Source: Eledone cirrhosa (lineage: Eukaryota). Taken from it: a stretch of DNA of 64,000 nucleotides. The stretch is taken from the NCBI GenBank assembly GCA_964016885.1, contig OZ024763.1, positions 23,312,001-23,376,000 on the forward strand, written 5' to 3'. This document shows positions 11,160 to 22,729 of the stretch, piece after piece. Under the pieces are notes generated by a model. The model was given only the letters and a program-made list of their open reading frames with translations. It was not told where the DNA came from and did not search any database. The translations under genes were made by a program, and so were the position numbers. Position 1 is the stretch's first letter. Each line of letters begins with the position of its first letter.

Positions 11160-11807
11160 ATGTTACGAGACAACCAATACTTTGTCTTAATAATGTCATG
11201 CCTGACGCTGATCGTCTCTTGCGGCTTGCTACTACAGTCTGGGATTGTGATGTTGACCATGTTCCGTGCTCTCACAGGTGTCATACTCCCGACAGTGGCC
11301 GTAGTCTTCGGAACCGGGCAGACGGTGTTCTTTCTCTTTAACTTGGCACGGCTTACACGCTGCGATTCCGAGAAGCCACATTCTAGCCTTTGCTGCAACA
11401 CATTCCTGCCGGCTCTCATCTGCTTTCTTCTAATGTCCGGATTCTTTGCGGCATGCATTTGGGCGAAATCTGCGGTCAACCGCGGACTGCAGTTCTCTCT
11501 AGAGTTTGTTCTGGTCAGCGACGTCCACACCATCCAACAATACTTCAATTGCTGTGGTGATACCACTGCCAATGTTTGGAGATACCATTTAAATGAAAGT
11601 ATTATGCCAGACTCTTGCTGTGAGCTTATGTTCGAAGGATGTGGCAGAAGTGCTGTCAAAGACAATAACCTCAATTCTATAGGCTGTAGACAGTTCTTTG
11701 ATCAACAAAGTGAATGTCTTGTCATTTTACTGATTATAACGACAGCCATTATTTTTTTTGAAGCAATCTTTGTCCTTATTGGATATTTATATGCCAAGAA
11801 ACGGTGA
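11160..11807 (+). CDS. Divergent single-exon tetraspanin (215 aa)
   Basis: Four hydrophobic segments. The large extracellular loop has QQYFNCCG, PDSCC, EGC and IGC before TM4 (six cysteines). Short basic C-terminal tail. Confidence 0.88.
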   Translation: MLRDNQYFVLIMSCLTLIVSCGLLLQSGIVMLTMFRALTGVILPTVAVVFGTGQTVFFLFNLARLTRCDSEKPHSSLCCNTFLPALICFLLMSGFFAACIWAKSAVNRGLQFSLEFVLVSDVHTIQQYFNCCGDTTANVWRYHLNESIMPDSCCELMFEGCGRSAVKDNNLNSIGCRQFFDQQSECLVILLIITTAIIFFEAIFVLIGYLYAKKR

Positions 11808-11867
11808 TTTTGGATCCAAATCTGTGATTTTTCCTTTACATTCGTCCATGACATTTCCCCATACACG

Positions 11868-12257
11868 ATCTACCTATCTATCTATATCTATCTATCTATA
11901 CCTACCTGTCTATCTATCTATCTACCTGTCTATCTATCTATCTGCCTCTCTATCTATCTACCTGTCTATCTATCTGCCTCTCTATCTACCTGTCTATCTA
12001 TCTATCTGACTATCTATCTACCTCTCTATCTATCTGCCTCTCTATCTATCTATCTATCTATCTATCTACCTGTCTATCTATCTATCTGCCTCTCTCTATC
12101 TATCTACCTGTCTATCTATCTATCTGCCTCTCTATCTATCTATCTATCTACCTGTCTATCTATCTATCTGCCGCTCTATCTATCTACCTGTCTATCTATC
12201 TTCCTCTCTATCTATCTCTTTGTGTATGTAACCATCTATCTAACTATCTATCTATAT
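11868..12257. repeat. (TATC)n / (TGTC) compound microsatellite
   Basis: Directly visible. Confidence 0.9.
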
Positions 12258-12505
12258 CTTTCTAACATTTTACGGTTGTACATATTTAACCCAAAAGCAC
12301 CTATATACACATAATATATATATATACATAAATACATGTGATATATATGTATATATATATATACATATACATATGCCTGCATGTATACACACACACATGC
12401 GCACAAATATATATAATATATTTCATATACATGCATTCATATGTGTGTGAATGGATATGTGTATATATATGTTTGTGTGTCTGTGCATATATATATATAT
12501 ATATA

Positions 12506-13045
12506 TGGGTGCTTTTTGTCGTGGCACCTACATGACCACTTTACAGTGTGGACTGGGTGCTTTTTGTCGTGACACCTACATCACCAATTTGCAGTGTGGA
12601 CTGGGTGCGTTTTGTTGTGACACCTACACTACCACTTTACAGTGTGGACTGGGTGCTTTTTGTTGTGTCTCCTACATGACCATTTTACAGTGTGGATTGG
12701 GTGCTTTTTTTCGTGACACCTACACAACCACTTTACAGTGTGGGCTGGGTGCTTTTTGCCATGGCTTCAGGATGATCACATTATGGTGTGGATTGGGGAC
12801 TTGGGTGGGGGAGATGTATGGGGAGGTAGATATAGGGGAGGGATGATTACAGCGAGCGAGGTGTACAGGAGGGAAGGTGGTGCATACTAGATCTATGCCT
12901 CAGCTCCAGCATATGTGAGGGCGGATCTTCTGTATTACTGCATAGTGCCAGAGATCACGGTTGTGTGTCATCGCTTTTTAGAGGTGTAATTATGCAAGGT
13001 CAGCTTTTATCATCTCATTCCAAGTCTTCCTAGGCCTGCCAACTG
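12506..13045 (-). mobile_element. Old RTE 3' end with about 6 copies of a 48-bp UTR subunit
   Basis: Tandem gggtgctttttgtcgtgacacctaca...actttacagtgtggact, then a degenerate RTE ORF end. Confidence 0.75.
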
Positions 13046-13069
13046 GGTGGTCTTGTTATGAGGGAGGTC

Positions 13070-13415
13070 TGGCAAGTTGGCCGCACTGAGGATGGCTCTG
13101 AAAATTAATCAGTATACACTGAGGATGAAGAACTCAGAGCTGAACAGAAGCCTCCCAAAAGTCAGCTCGAGAGTAGCACAGAGGAGACTAAGGTTAGCTG
13201 GACATGCTCACCAACATTTAGAGATGACACTGAACTCAGTGCTCCTGTGGGAGCCCCTGCATGGACACACTAGAAGAGGAAGACCGAGGTTAACATATGT
13301 TGATGTCCTAAGGACAGACACTGGTCTCTGGGAGTCGCAGGACATGGGGGCAATGATAAATGACAGAGATCGTTGGAGAAAACTCGTCCATGGATCTCGG
13401 GAATTTTACCCACCA
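13070..13415 (+). mobile_element. RTE-clade LINE C-terminal fragment (distinct family)
   Basis: RRLRLAGH, VLLWEP and RRGRPRLTYVD motifs. Confidence 0.75.
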
Positions 13416-13594
13416 TATATGTGTAATGTCAATGTATGTGAATGACCAAGCATAAATGAGTTGAGAGAGAAGCTGGGTATAAGAGGGATAAGTTGTAGTG
13501 TGCGGGAGAGAAGACTGCGATGGTATGGACATGTGATGTGCATGCGGCATGACCACTGGGTAAAGAAATGCCAATAGAAGGAAGACGCAGTAAT

Positions 13595-15572
13595 ATAATA
13601 ATAATCAAAATAATGTGTACAGTCCTCAGGTGCACTACAACTGATCAAAAGTGTATGTGTAGTACATAGGGTAATGTACAAACGTCAGGAAAATGAACAG
13701 TGCATGAGTCATGATATACACATGTGCATGTGTATGGAAGGGGTACATCAGGTGTAGTTTTGGTGAATTTTGGGAAGCATGAGGGTTTTAAAGGATGCAG
13801 TGTCTCGGCAGCTAACAACTGACGCAGGCAGTTTGTTCCATGCTTCAGCAACTCTAAGCGTAAAAAAATGCTTCCAAAAGTCATGGGAGCTGTGCTGTTT
13901 TCTGATTTTGTAGGCATGTCCACGTGTGTTAGACACATGGAGATCAAAAAGGTGCTCAGGGTTGCAATTGGCGAGATGGTTAATAACTTTGTGGGTGTTT
14001 ACCAAGTCCATTGCCAGACGTCGGAGTTTCAATGAATCTATGCCCAGGGAAGCAAGGCGTTCAGAGTATGGTAGGTGTCTGATGGAGGGTATGCGCTTAG
14101 TTGCACGTCTCTGAACAGTTTCCAGGCTGTCAATGTTCTGAGCAAGATAGGGGTTCCAGACTGATGATGCGAATTCCAAGTGTGGTCGTAATAATAGCTG
14201 TATACAGCTTTAAATAGATGGCTGGAGAGCAGCTAAGAAAGGTCTTGCTGAGTGATGCCAAGACACCTTCGGCCTTCTTGACAATCTTAGAGACGTGCTT
14301 TGTCCAACGCAAATCGCTGCTGACAGTAATGCCCAGGTCACGTTCACAAGAGGACTTCTTGATATCAGTGTTGTGGAGGGAGTATGTGGACGCTGGGTTT
14401 ACCCTCCCAAAATGCATGGTGGTACACTTGTCCACAGCCAGCTTCAGTTGCCAGTCTGTGATCCATTGCTGCATTGTGTCCAGGTCTGATTGTAGGAAAG
14501 AGTTGTAGATTTCAGGATCAGTCCTTTTGATTTCAAGGTACAGCTTGATGTCATCTGCATATTTCAGTACCGTGGCATTCTTTAAGTTGGCATCTATGTC
14601 ATTAATATATGCCACAAACAAAAGGAGACCAAGAACAGATCCCTGTGGTACACCAGATGACATCTCATATGGTGAAGAATGCTGTCCTAGAAACCGTGAC
14701 TACCTCTTTTCGGCTGAGAATGAAGGATTTCAACCAGTTAAGAAGATCATCCCTCACACCCATTGCTGAGAGTTTCGCCATAAGTCTTTTGTGTGGCACG
14801 GAATTAAAAGCCTTAGTGAAGTCAAGATAAACAACATCCACCCATGAGCCGCTGTCAGTGATCCGGGTAATGTCTTCAAGGAACTCAATAAGATGATCAC
14901 AGCAGCTGGAATTAGGGATAAATCCAAATTGCGAGGCTCGGATGAGGCTGTGAGAGCTCCAGAAGTTCCAAAGTGTTTCTCTGACACAGGATTCCATCAG
15001 TTTGGCAATACAGCTAGTAAGACTGACTGGACGATAGTTGACAGGTGATGTGCGGTCACCCTTTTTGAACAGAGGAATGACACTGGCAGTTTTCCACTGC
15101 TCCAGATTAACACCATTGTTGAGACAGTATTGAAAGAAGAAAGAAAGCTGGTGCAAAAGGAAGTACCCCCCACATTTGAGAAGCAGGTATGTAATACCAT
15201 CAAGACCAGGGGAGGCATAGTTGCGCTTATTCTTAAGGTGATGTCGCAGCATTGCAGGTGTAACATAGTTGTTATGGAATTTGATGTTAGAGATGGTGGA
15301 GATGGTACATTCTGGTTTTCAACAGTAAAAATGCTTGCATAGCACTCAGCAATGAGTTCTGCGCATTCTTTGGGATCATCAATGATCTGGCTTGTGTGGG
15401 GATTGCAAAGAGGACCAACTGGAGAGTGAGGTCTCTGCTTTGAATGTACATATTTCCAGAACACCTTGCTGTCAGGATTGGTTGCTATGCACTGTTCAAA
15501 TTCAAGCACTGCCTTTTTTGTCACTTGCTTGAGATGGTTGGAAGATTTATTCCGCTTTTTTCTGTTGGCATC
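13595..15572 (-). mobile_element. CR1-clade LINE (family B), 5'-truncated, frameshifted
   Basis: RT motifs split over ORFs 14665-15252, 14130-14663 and 13748-14179 (YRPVSLTS, YLDFTKAF, GVPQGSVLG, YADD, VQRRATK). (ATT)n-like tail near 13595. Confidence 0.92.
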
Positions 15573-15589
15573 TGATTTATGCAGTAGAG

Positions 15590-15748
15590 GAAGACCATGA
15601 AAAACATGGGCGGAGGTGGTGAGAGCGGACCTCAATTGCTGTAGCTCACGGAGATGACGAAGGACCGTGACAAGTGGAGAGATGCTGTGCTGAATAGGAC
15701 CCGTTCCACCCTTGCAAGCAAGGAAAAGTGGACGTAAAATGATGATTG
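15590..15748 (+). mobile_element. RTE family C 3' end
   Basis: Encodes RPxKTWAEVVRADL...DRDKWR. Ends CCTTGCAAGCAAGG...GGACGTAAAATGATG. Confidence 0.75.
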
Positions 15749-15878
15749 TATATATATATGAAAAGAGTCAGGACCCCGACGGCTGAGCTCCGGCCGTTTC
15801 GACAGCTAGATCCGAACTAAGCCAGCAATATTAGAATGCTCAATACTGTAAGTGAATCATCAATATCTTATATGTATA

Positions 15879-15959
<81 letters not shown>

Positions 15960-15963
<4 letters not shown>

Positions 15964-16283
15964 TCATCATCATCATCATCACCGTTTTACGTCCGTTCTT
16001 CCACGCTAGCATGGGTTAGACGGGTTGTCCTGTTGTGGGCAGTGTCTGGTCGGCTGACCATGCCTTGCTCATACAGGAACTGATCTGGCTTGATTTCTAC
16101 AGCTGGATGCCCTTCCTAACACCAACCTCATTTACAGTGAGTGCTGGGTACTTTTTCGTGGCGCCTACACGTCCACTATACAGTGTGGGCTGGGTGCTTT
16201 TTTGCCGTGGCACCTCCACGACCACCTTGCGGTGGGGGCATATTGTTTATATGCTTCAGCATGTACCCATGGGAGGTCGGGTA

Positions 16284-16285
<2 letters not shown>
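15960..16285 (-). mobile_element. RTE family A 3' UTR copy within (TA)n
   Basis: Reverse complement of 897-1222. Confidence 0.9.
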
Positions 16286-16334
<49 letters not shown>

Positions 16335-16388
16335 TCATCATCATCATTTTACATCCGCTTTTTCCTGCTTGCAAGGGTGGATATATAT

Positions 16389-16455
16389 TGTAACATAAAT
16401 TCCCGCCGTTGTTATAAAACTTCTTAATAACGAAACGGCGTGAATTTATGTTACA
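16389..16455. mobile_element. 67-bp palindromic mini-element with TGT...ACA termini
   Basis: tgtaacataaattc(c)cgccgtt...aacggcg(t)gaatttatgttaca. Confidence 0.55.
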
Positions 16456-16477
16456 ACTCTATATATATATATAAAGA

Positions 16478-17420
16478 TCATCATTCATCACCGTTTTACG
16501 TCCGTTCTTCCACGCTAGCATGGGTTAGACGGGTTGTCCTGTTGTGGGCAGTGTCCGGTCGGTTGACCTTGTCTTGCTCATACGGGAACTGATTCTGGCT
16601 TGATTTCTACAGCTGGATGCCCTTCCTAACATCAACCTCATTTACAGTGACTACTGGGTGCTTTTTGCCGTGGCACCTCCACGACCACTTTGCAGTATGA
16701 GGGTGTGGGGGCATATTGTCTATATGCTTCAGCTTCGGCTTGTACCCGCGGGGGGTTGGGTCTTCTGTATTATTGCGTGACGCTAGAGGTCACGGTCGTG
16801 TGTCATCGCCTTTGAGAGGTGTAGTTGGGTTAGGTCGGCTTTTATCACCTCATCCCAGGTCTTCTTGGGTCTCCCCACTCCGCGGTTTCCACCGACTTCT
16901 AGTGCTCTGCACCTTTTTATGCAGCTGTCATCCTTCATACACATCACATGTCCATACCAACACAACCGCCTCTCCTGCACACAGCATTTGATTCCTCTTA
17001 TGCTCAGTCTCTCTCTCAATTCATTTATGCTTTGACGTTCGCGTATATTACTGTTACATATCCATCGGAGCATGCAGGCTTCGTTTCTTTCTAATCTACG
17101 CAAGTCTTCCACAGACAGCGCCCAGGTCTCACTTTGAGGGAAAAGCCTTTTGCAGCTAGCAGTGGCAGTAGCTCCCTGAACTTCTTCCATCCCGTTCTTA
17201 CCCGAACACCCACCTCCATGGCTAATTCGGTCACCTAGGTAGCAGAAGCTGTCTACTGTTTCTACAGAGCCCTCCCAGAGTTTGGTGGTACTTGTTTCCT
17301 GTGGCTGTTTGCTGCTTGCTGTCCCAGCACAGCTGCTATATGTGAAGCCTACATTCTTAGTTAAGCTTCCTAAGATCCCGCTACATCTCTTGTGTACCCA
17401 TATTTATTGTATTTAACCCT
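16478..17420 (-). mobile_element. RTE family A-like copy with internal deletions
   Basis: ORF 16783-17190 contains [24 protein letters not shown]. 3' UTR and (CAT)n are on the left. Confidence 0.88.
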
Positions 17421-17473
17421 GTCAAGCGATAAACTATTTGTTAGTTATATATATAAATATATATATCTATCTA

Positions 17474-17520
<47 letters not shown>

Positions 17521-17736
17521 ATAATAAATAATAGAAAACCTGCCAGATACAGTCCTATAAGAGCGAGACACGGTCACCCGTCTAATCTTGCCTCAAGTGG
17601 GACAATTCCCGTCTAACCCATGCTAGTGTGGAAGATGGACGTTAAACGATGATGATGATGATGATGATGACTAAAATCTGAAGAGGGCTCGATAAGGATG
17701 AAAGCAGTGATTCTTTGCTAAAATTTTAATCTGTTT

Positions 17737-17770
<34 letters not shown>

Positions 17771-17772
<2 letters not shown>

Positions 17773-18220
17773 CATCATCATCATCATTATCACTGTTTTA
17801 TGTCCGTTCTTCCACGCTATCATGGTTAGATGGGTTGTCCTGTTGTGGGCAGTGTCCGGTGACTGACCTTGTCTTGCTCATACGGGAACTGATTCTGGCT
17901 TGATTTCTACAGCTGGATGCCCTTCCTAACACCAACCTCATTTACAGTGAGTGCTGGGTGCTTTTTTTCTGTGGCTACTACACGTCCACTTTACAGTGTG
18001 GGCTGGGTGCTTTTTTGCCATGGCACCTCCACGGCCACTTTGCAGTGGAATGATAGGGACCCCAGTCCCTATCATCTCATTTCTACAGCTGAGTAAACTG
18101 GAGCAATGTGAAATAAAGTGTCTTGCTCAAGGAAACAACACATCACCCAGTCTGAGAATTGAAGTCACAACCTTTCGATTGCAAGCCCAATGGTCTAACC
18201 ACTAAGCCCTGTGCCTTCAC
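17771..18220 (-). mobile_element. tRNA-derived CORE-type SINE with RTE family A 3' tail
   Basis: Minus-strand head has A-box-like ggcttagtggttag and B-box-like acttcaattc, then CORE-like ccttgagcaagacacttt, then about 280 bp matching the RTE-A 3' UTR. Confidence 0.8.
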
Positions 18221-19170
18221 ATATATATACATCATCATCATCATCACCATCATCGTCGATTAACGTCTATCTTCCACGCTAGCATGGGTTAGATGGGTTT
18301 GTCCCAATTAGAGGCAAGTTGGGTTGGGTGACCACGTCTTGCTCAATAGTACTGTTTCTGGCTGGTTTTCTACGGCTGGATGCCTCCTAAAACCAACCAC
18401 ATTTACAGTGTGTGCTGGGTGCTTTTTGTTGTGACACTTACAGAATCACTTTACAGTGTGGGCTGGGTGTTCTTTACAGTGTGGACTAGACACCTTTGTT
18501 TTGTCAGACACAACACAGTGGGGACTGGGGAGGGTGGAGGGGGAAGAAAGATGTCGACACGGTAGTAGGGGAGGTATGGTTACTGCTAAGGGAGGTGGAT
18601 GGGAATGCATAGCAGGTTGAGGAATGTGTTGCCTGCTAGGTTTAAGCCTCATCTCGAGAACAATAGAGGGTGTGTCTTCCGTAAAACTGCATAGCGCCAG
18701 AGGTCGCGGTCCTGAGTCATTGCCTTTGAGAGGTATATATATATTTATGTTAAGTATTTTCAAAGAAAAAACGAAGGAAAAAAGAGTGCTCTATGTATAA
18801 TATAGAGCTATTTAATTAGGTTTCAGGACTCTAGACAATATTAACATACATCTAGATCATTCATATATATGCAGAAAGTTCAGCTGCTTAAGAAACATTT
18901 GTAACCAGGATTGAGTAATAAATCTCCTGTGTAACATCTCCACTTTGTTCTTATTATATATATATATATATATAATGGCGGTGGATATATATATATTATA
19001 TATTATATATATATATATATATAATGGCGGTGGATATATATATATTATATATTATATATATATATATAATGGCGGTGGATATATATATATTATATATTAT
19101 ATATATATATATATATAATGGCGGTGGATATATATATATTATATATTATATATATATATATATACATATA

Positions 19171-19361
19171 AGGGCAGTGGATTGGCAGTATCGGTAGAGG
19201 GTCGCACGCCATGCTTTGACGCATTGAGTTACAGCCCTTGCCATTCTGAGTTCAAATCCCGCTGAGGTTAACTTTGCCTTTCATCCTTACGGGGTCGATA
19301 AAATAAAGTACCAGTAATGCACTGGGTAATTGGTGGCCTTGTGCCAAAAGTAGAAACAATT
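19171..19361 (+). mobile_element. tRNA-derived SINE (second family)
   Basis: A box tggcagtatcgg, B box gagttcaaatcc, central gcctttcatccttacggggtcgataaaata. Other copies at 40728, 59725 and a fragment at 30737. Confidence 0.85.
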
Positions 19362-19405
19362 ATATATATATGATGATGATGATATATATATATATATATA
19401 TATAT

Positions 19406-20206
19406 TGTTATATTTGGGAAGGTTCATATTGTTATGGTATTGCTAGAAACAATAACAGAACACACTCACTGTTTGGTTTGGGTTGGTTTTCGCTTCTGTA
19501 TATTTTATATCTCCATAGTTAATTTATCTGGCAATCAATGTTTATCATTGATTGACCAACGGTTAAAAATACAGATATAAATATATACATGTTTAGTCTA
19601 TCAAAGTTCTTTCATCACACATCTGTGACATCATCAGTGGTACTATTATGTTTCCTCCCGTTGTATTGTATGTCTACGCCAATTTTTATTTTATTTATTT
19701 ATTTATTTATTCTTGTCTCTGTCTCTGTTTGCTTGTATGTTTCATATATCAGTATTATATATATCATCATCATCATCATTTAACGTCTATTTTCCACGCT
19801 ACCATGGGTTAGATGGGAGTTGTCCCACTTGAGGCAAGATTGGTCGGGTGACCGTGTCTCGCTCGTATAGGACTATCTGGCAGGTTTTCTACGGTTGGAT
19901 GCCATTCCTAACACCAACCACGTTTACAGTGTCGATATATATATATATATATGTATATGTGTGTGTGTATATATATGTGTGTATATATATATGTGTGTGT
20001 ATATATATGTGTGTGTGTATGTATATATATATTTATCTATATTTTTAACTGTTGGTCAATCAATGATAAACATTGATTGCCAGCTAAATTAACTATAGGA
20101 CTATAAAATATACAGAAGCGAAAACCAACCCAGACCAAACAGTGAGTGTGTTTTATTATATATTTCTGCCAATATTATAAAAATATGACCCTTCCCAAAT
20201 ATAACA
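19406..20206. mobile_element. Non-autonomous DNA transposon with ~185-bp TIRs and TGT...ACA ends (Ginger-like)
   Basis: 19406-19590 is the inverted counterpart of about 20025-20206. Related left termini occur at 31520 and 32163. An RTE tail lies inside (19763-19932). Confidence 0.65.
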
Positions 20207-20254
20207 ATTTTAATTTTCTTTCTAGTGCATTGCATGGTTTTCAGAATTATTTAA

Positions 20255-20256
<2 letters not shown>

Positions 20257-20285
<29 letters not shown>

Positions 20286-20900
20286 CTTCTTCTTCTTCTT
20301 CTTCTTCTTCTTCTTCTTCTTCTTCTTCTTCTTCTTCTTCTTCCACATGTTCCTGAGTGGGTCATGGGAGGTAGAGTCCTCAACCACTCCCTCCAACTGA
20401 TCCGAATGGATCCCCAAGTGAGACCAACCAATCTCATGCATATTATCCAACAATCTTTACTTGAGGTCAACCCCTGGGTCTCCTGCCAGTTGGTTTTGCC
20501 TGTAGAATCTGTCCAGCGAATCTTTCTCTAGACATTCTAACCACATGTGCATAGTATCAGAGCTGTGATCTGTCAATTCAGAGAAGTAGCAGCTCTACCT
20601 GTAGTGACTCTCTGATCTCTGAGCTACAAATCTGTCCAGTGATTCCTTCCTGAGACATTCTAACCACATGTGCATAGTATCAGAGCTGTGATCTGTCAAT
20701 TCAGAGAAGTAGCAGCTCTACCTGTAGTGACTCTCTGATCACTGAGCTACAAATCTGTCCAGTGATTCCTTCCTGAGCCATTCTAACCACATGTGCATAG
20801 TATCAGAGCTGTGATCTGTCAATTCAGAGATGTAGCAGCTCTACCCGGAGTGACTCCCTGATCTCTGAGCTATAAATCTCTTTCCTGAGACACTTTAACC
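20257..20900 (-). mobile_element. RTE-clade 3' fragment with (GAA)n tail and a triplicated 123-bp segment
   Basis: Minus strand reads YAHVVRMSRERF...KPTGRRPRG. (TTC)n at 20257-20343. Tandem units start at 20531, 20654 and 20777. Confidence 0.75.
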
Positions 20901-21914
20901 GACACTGTTTATTTTAAAGTCTACTCGAGTAACATACTTTACTTGACATTACTCTAGTCCTCTCAGTTGCTAAAAATAAACTGTGACAACAATGGTGTCT
21001 ATCGCTTTCTCTTCTTCGATAACATTATATATAGTGTATGTATAGAGTTATAATATCTCTTATACTAAACTGTATCAGCAGTATGAGGGCTGGGTGTTCT
21101 TTACAGTGCGGACTAGATACCTTTGTTTTGTCCCACTTGGACAATATTTAGTGTATATTGGGTGTATATATATATGTATATATATATGAGTTACAACATC
21201 ACAGGTGCCAAGCTGTATCAGCCATTGCATTTCGCTTGGACAACATCGTATATAGTGTATATATATATATATGAGTTACGGCATCACTGGTGCCAAGCTG
21301 TATCAGCCTTTGCCATTCCTTTAGTCTGTTCGATAAACATTGGGTGTCATGAAGAAGAGAGCCTTCCCTACGTATAGGTGACTTCTGGTCTTCCAAAAAA
21401 AAAAATAAAAACCCAATCCCACCCTCTTCAGGCTTGTGCCTTGCAGAGGCAAACCTACTGTCAGTCTGTCAAGGGGAGACAGAACCCATGGTCCCAGGGG
21501 TGGGGATTGTGGGTAGGGCTTCTCTAGTCTCACGTTTATAAAACAAATTGAAAAGAGAGAAAAAATATACCTATATCTTACCTGTCTAATACCCATATTG
21601 GCCTTTAAAACACCACAGGTGTGACTTTTGAACAAATTAAAAAAAATATATTCAAATCTATTTAATTATTTAATTCTTATAAAATATTTCTTTAAAAAAC
21701 AAAACAAAAAATATAAACAAACTGGTTTCTTCTTTTTCCTTCTCTTATTTCTTTCTATCTTGGATTCCTTCTTCATATTTCTTATACTTCTTCAATCTAT
21801 CCATTTATCTATCTATCAATATATATATGTGAGTGTATGCATATATATGTATATATATGTATGTATATATATTATATATATAAATATATAAATATATAAA
21901 TATATAAATATATA

Positions 21915-21949
<35 letters not shown>

Positions 21950-22100
21950 AGTGTGTGTGTATACACACATATATATATACAGATACATGTATATATATAT
22001 ATATATTTACTTTCAAAACCTTTGTCATTTGAATATTTTTATATTGAATTTACCACTGTACAAAACAAACTTCATAAAATTTTCTATTATTATTATTATT

Positions 22101-22461
22101 CTTAGCAAGTTTGTTGAAAGGTGGGTGAATGTAGCGAGAATGGTCCGAATGAACGGGACCGCTCTGAATATATGCTTGTAGTTTGAGGAAGGGCGCTTGC
22201 TCTGGTGGTCAGGGTGGCCGTGGTTTTTGTGTGGTTTTCGCCATGAGTAACCCTTGGAGGTTTCCCCCCTATTGGGGAATTTTTCATTGTTTGAATTTTC
22301 ATTTTTATTGTTTATATATATATATATGTTTCTATGTCTTTTTTCTTTTTTGTTTCTTATATAAATAATAAAAATCTTTACACGCACAAAACCCACATTG
22401 TACCGTCCTGTACCGTCTGTAATGTTTTTCTTGATGTCAGCCCTTGTAGCCAATAAAGAAA
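22101..22461 (+). mobile_element. Tx1/L1-clade LINE 3' end flanked by (ATT)n
   Basis: SKFVERWVNVARMVRMNG* matches the ORF2 end of the copies at 33-41 kb. Contains cccctattgggg and ends aataaagaaa. Confidence 0.8.
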
Positions 22462-22729
22462 TCATCATTATTATTATTATTAGTAGTAATACTACTATTA
22501 CTACTACTATTACTATTACTATTACTATTACTACTATTATTACTATTGTTATTATTATTATTATTAAAGATTTTAACAAAGAAAACTGAACTGCATTTTC
22601 GTAAATTTGTTTCATTTAAATATTTTTTCTTCTAACGTTGCAGCTTTTTCTGTCACAAGTATATTTAAATGGTTTCTGGTTTCAGGGTGTTAACTCACAA
22701 TATCTTATCCTTTGTGTATATAAAATAAT

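Noticed and set aside
10970-11674. 234-aa minus-strand ORF
   Set aside because: Antisense shadow of the tetraspanin running into an AT microsatellite, with no recognisable motifs.
15130-15342. Short ORFs antisense to LINE coding regions (many throughout the window)
   Set aside because: Opposite-strand or alternative-frame shadows of RTE, CR1 and Tx1 sequence.
17675-17715. CTGAAGA...GAAA hammerhead-like boxes
   Set aside because: Stem II does not pair and there is no NUH triplet with a stem III.
18150-18220. tRNA-like A and B boxes (also 19171, 33120, 40728, 59830, 63750)
   Set aside because: These are SINE heads fused to core and tail domains, without a complete cloverleaf.
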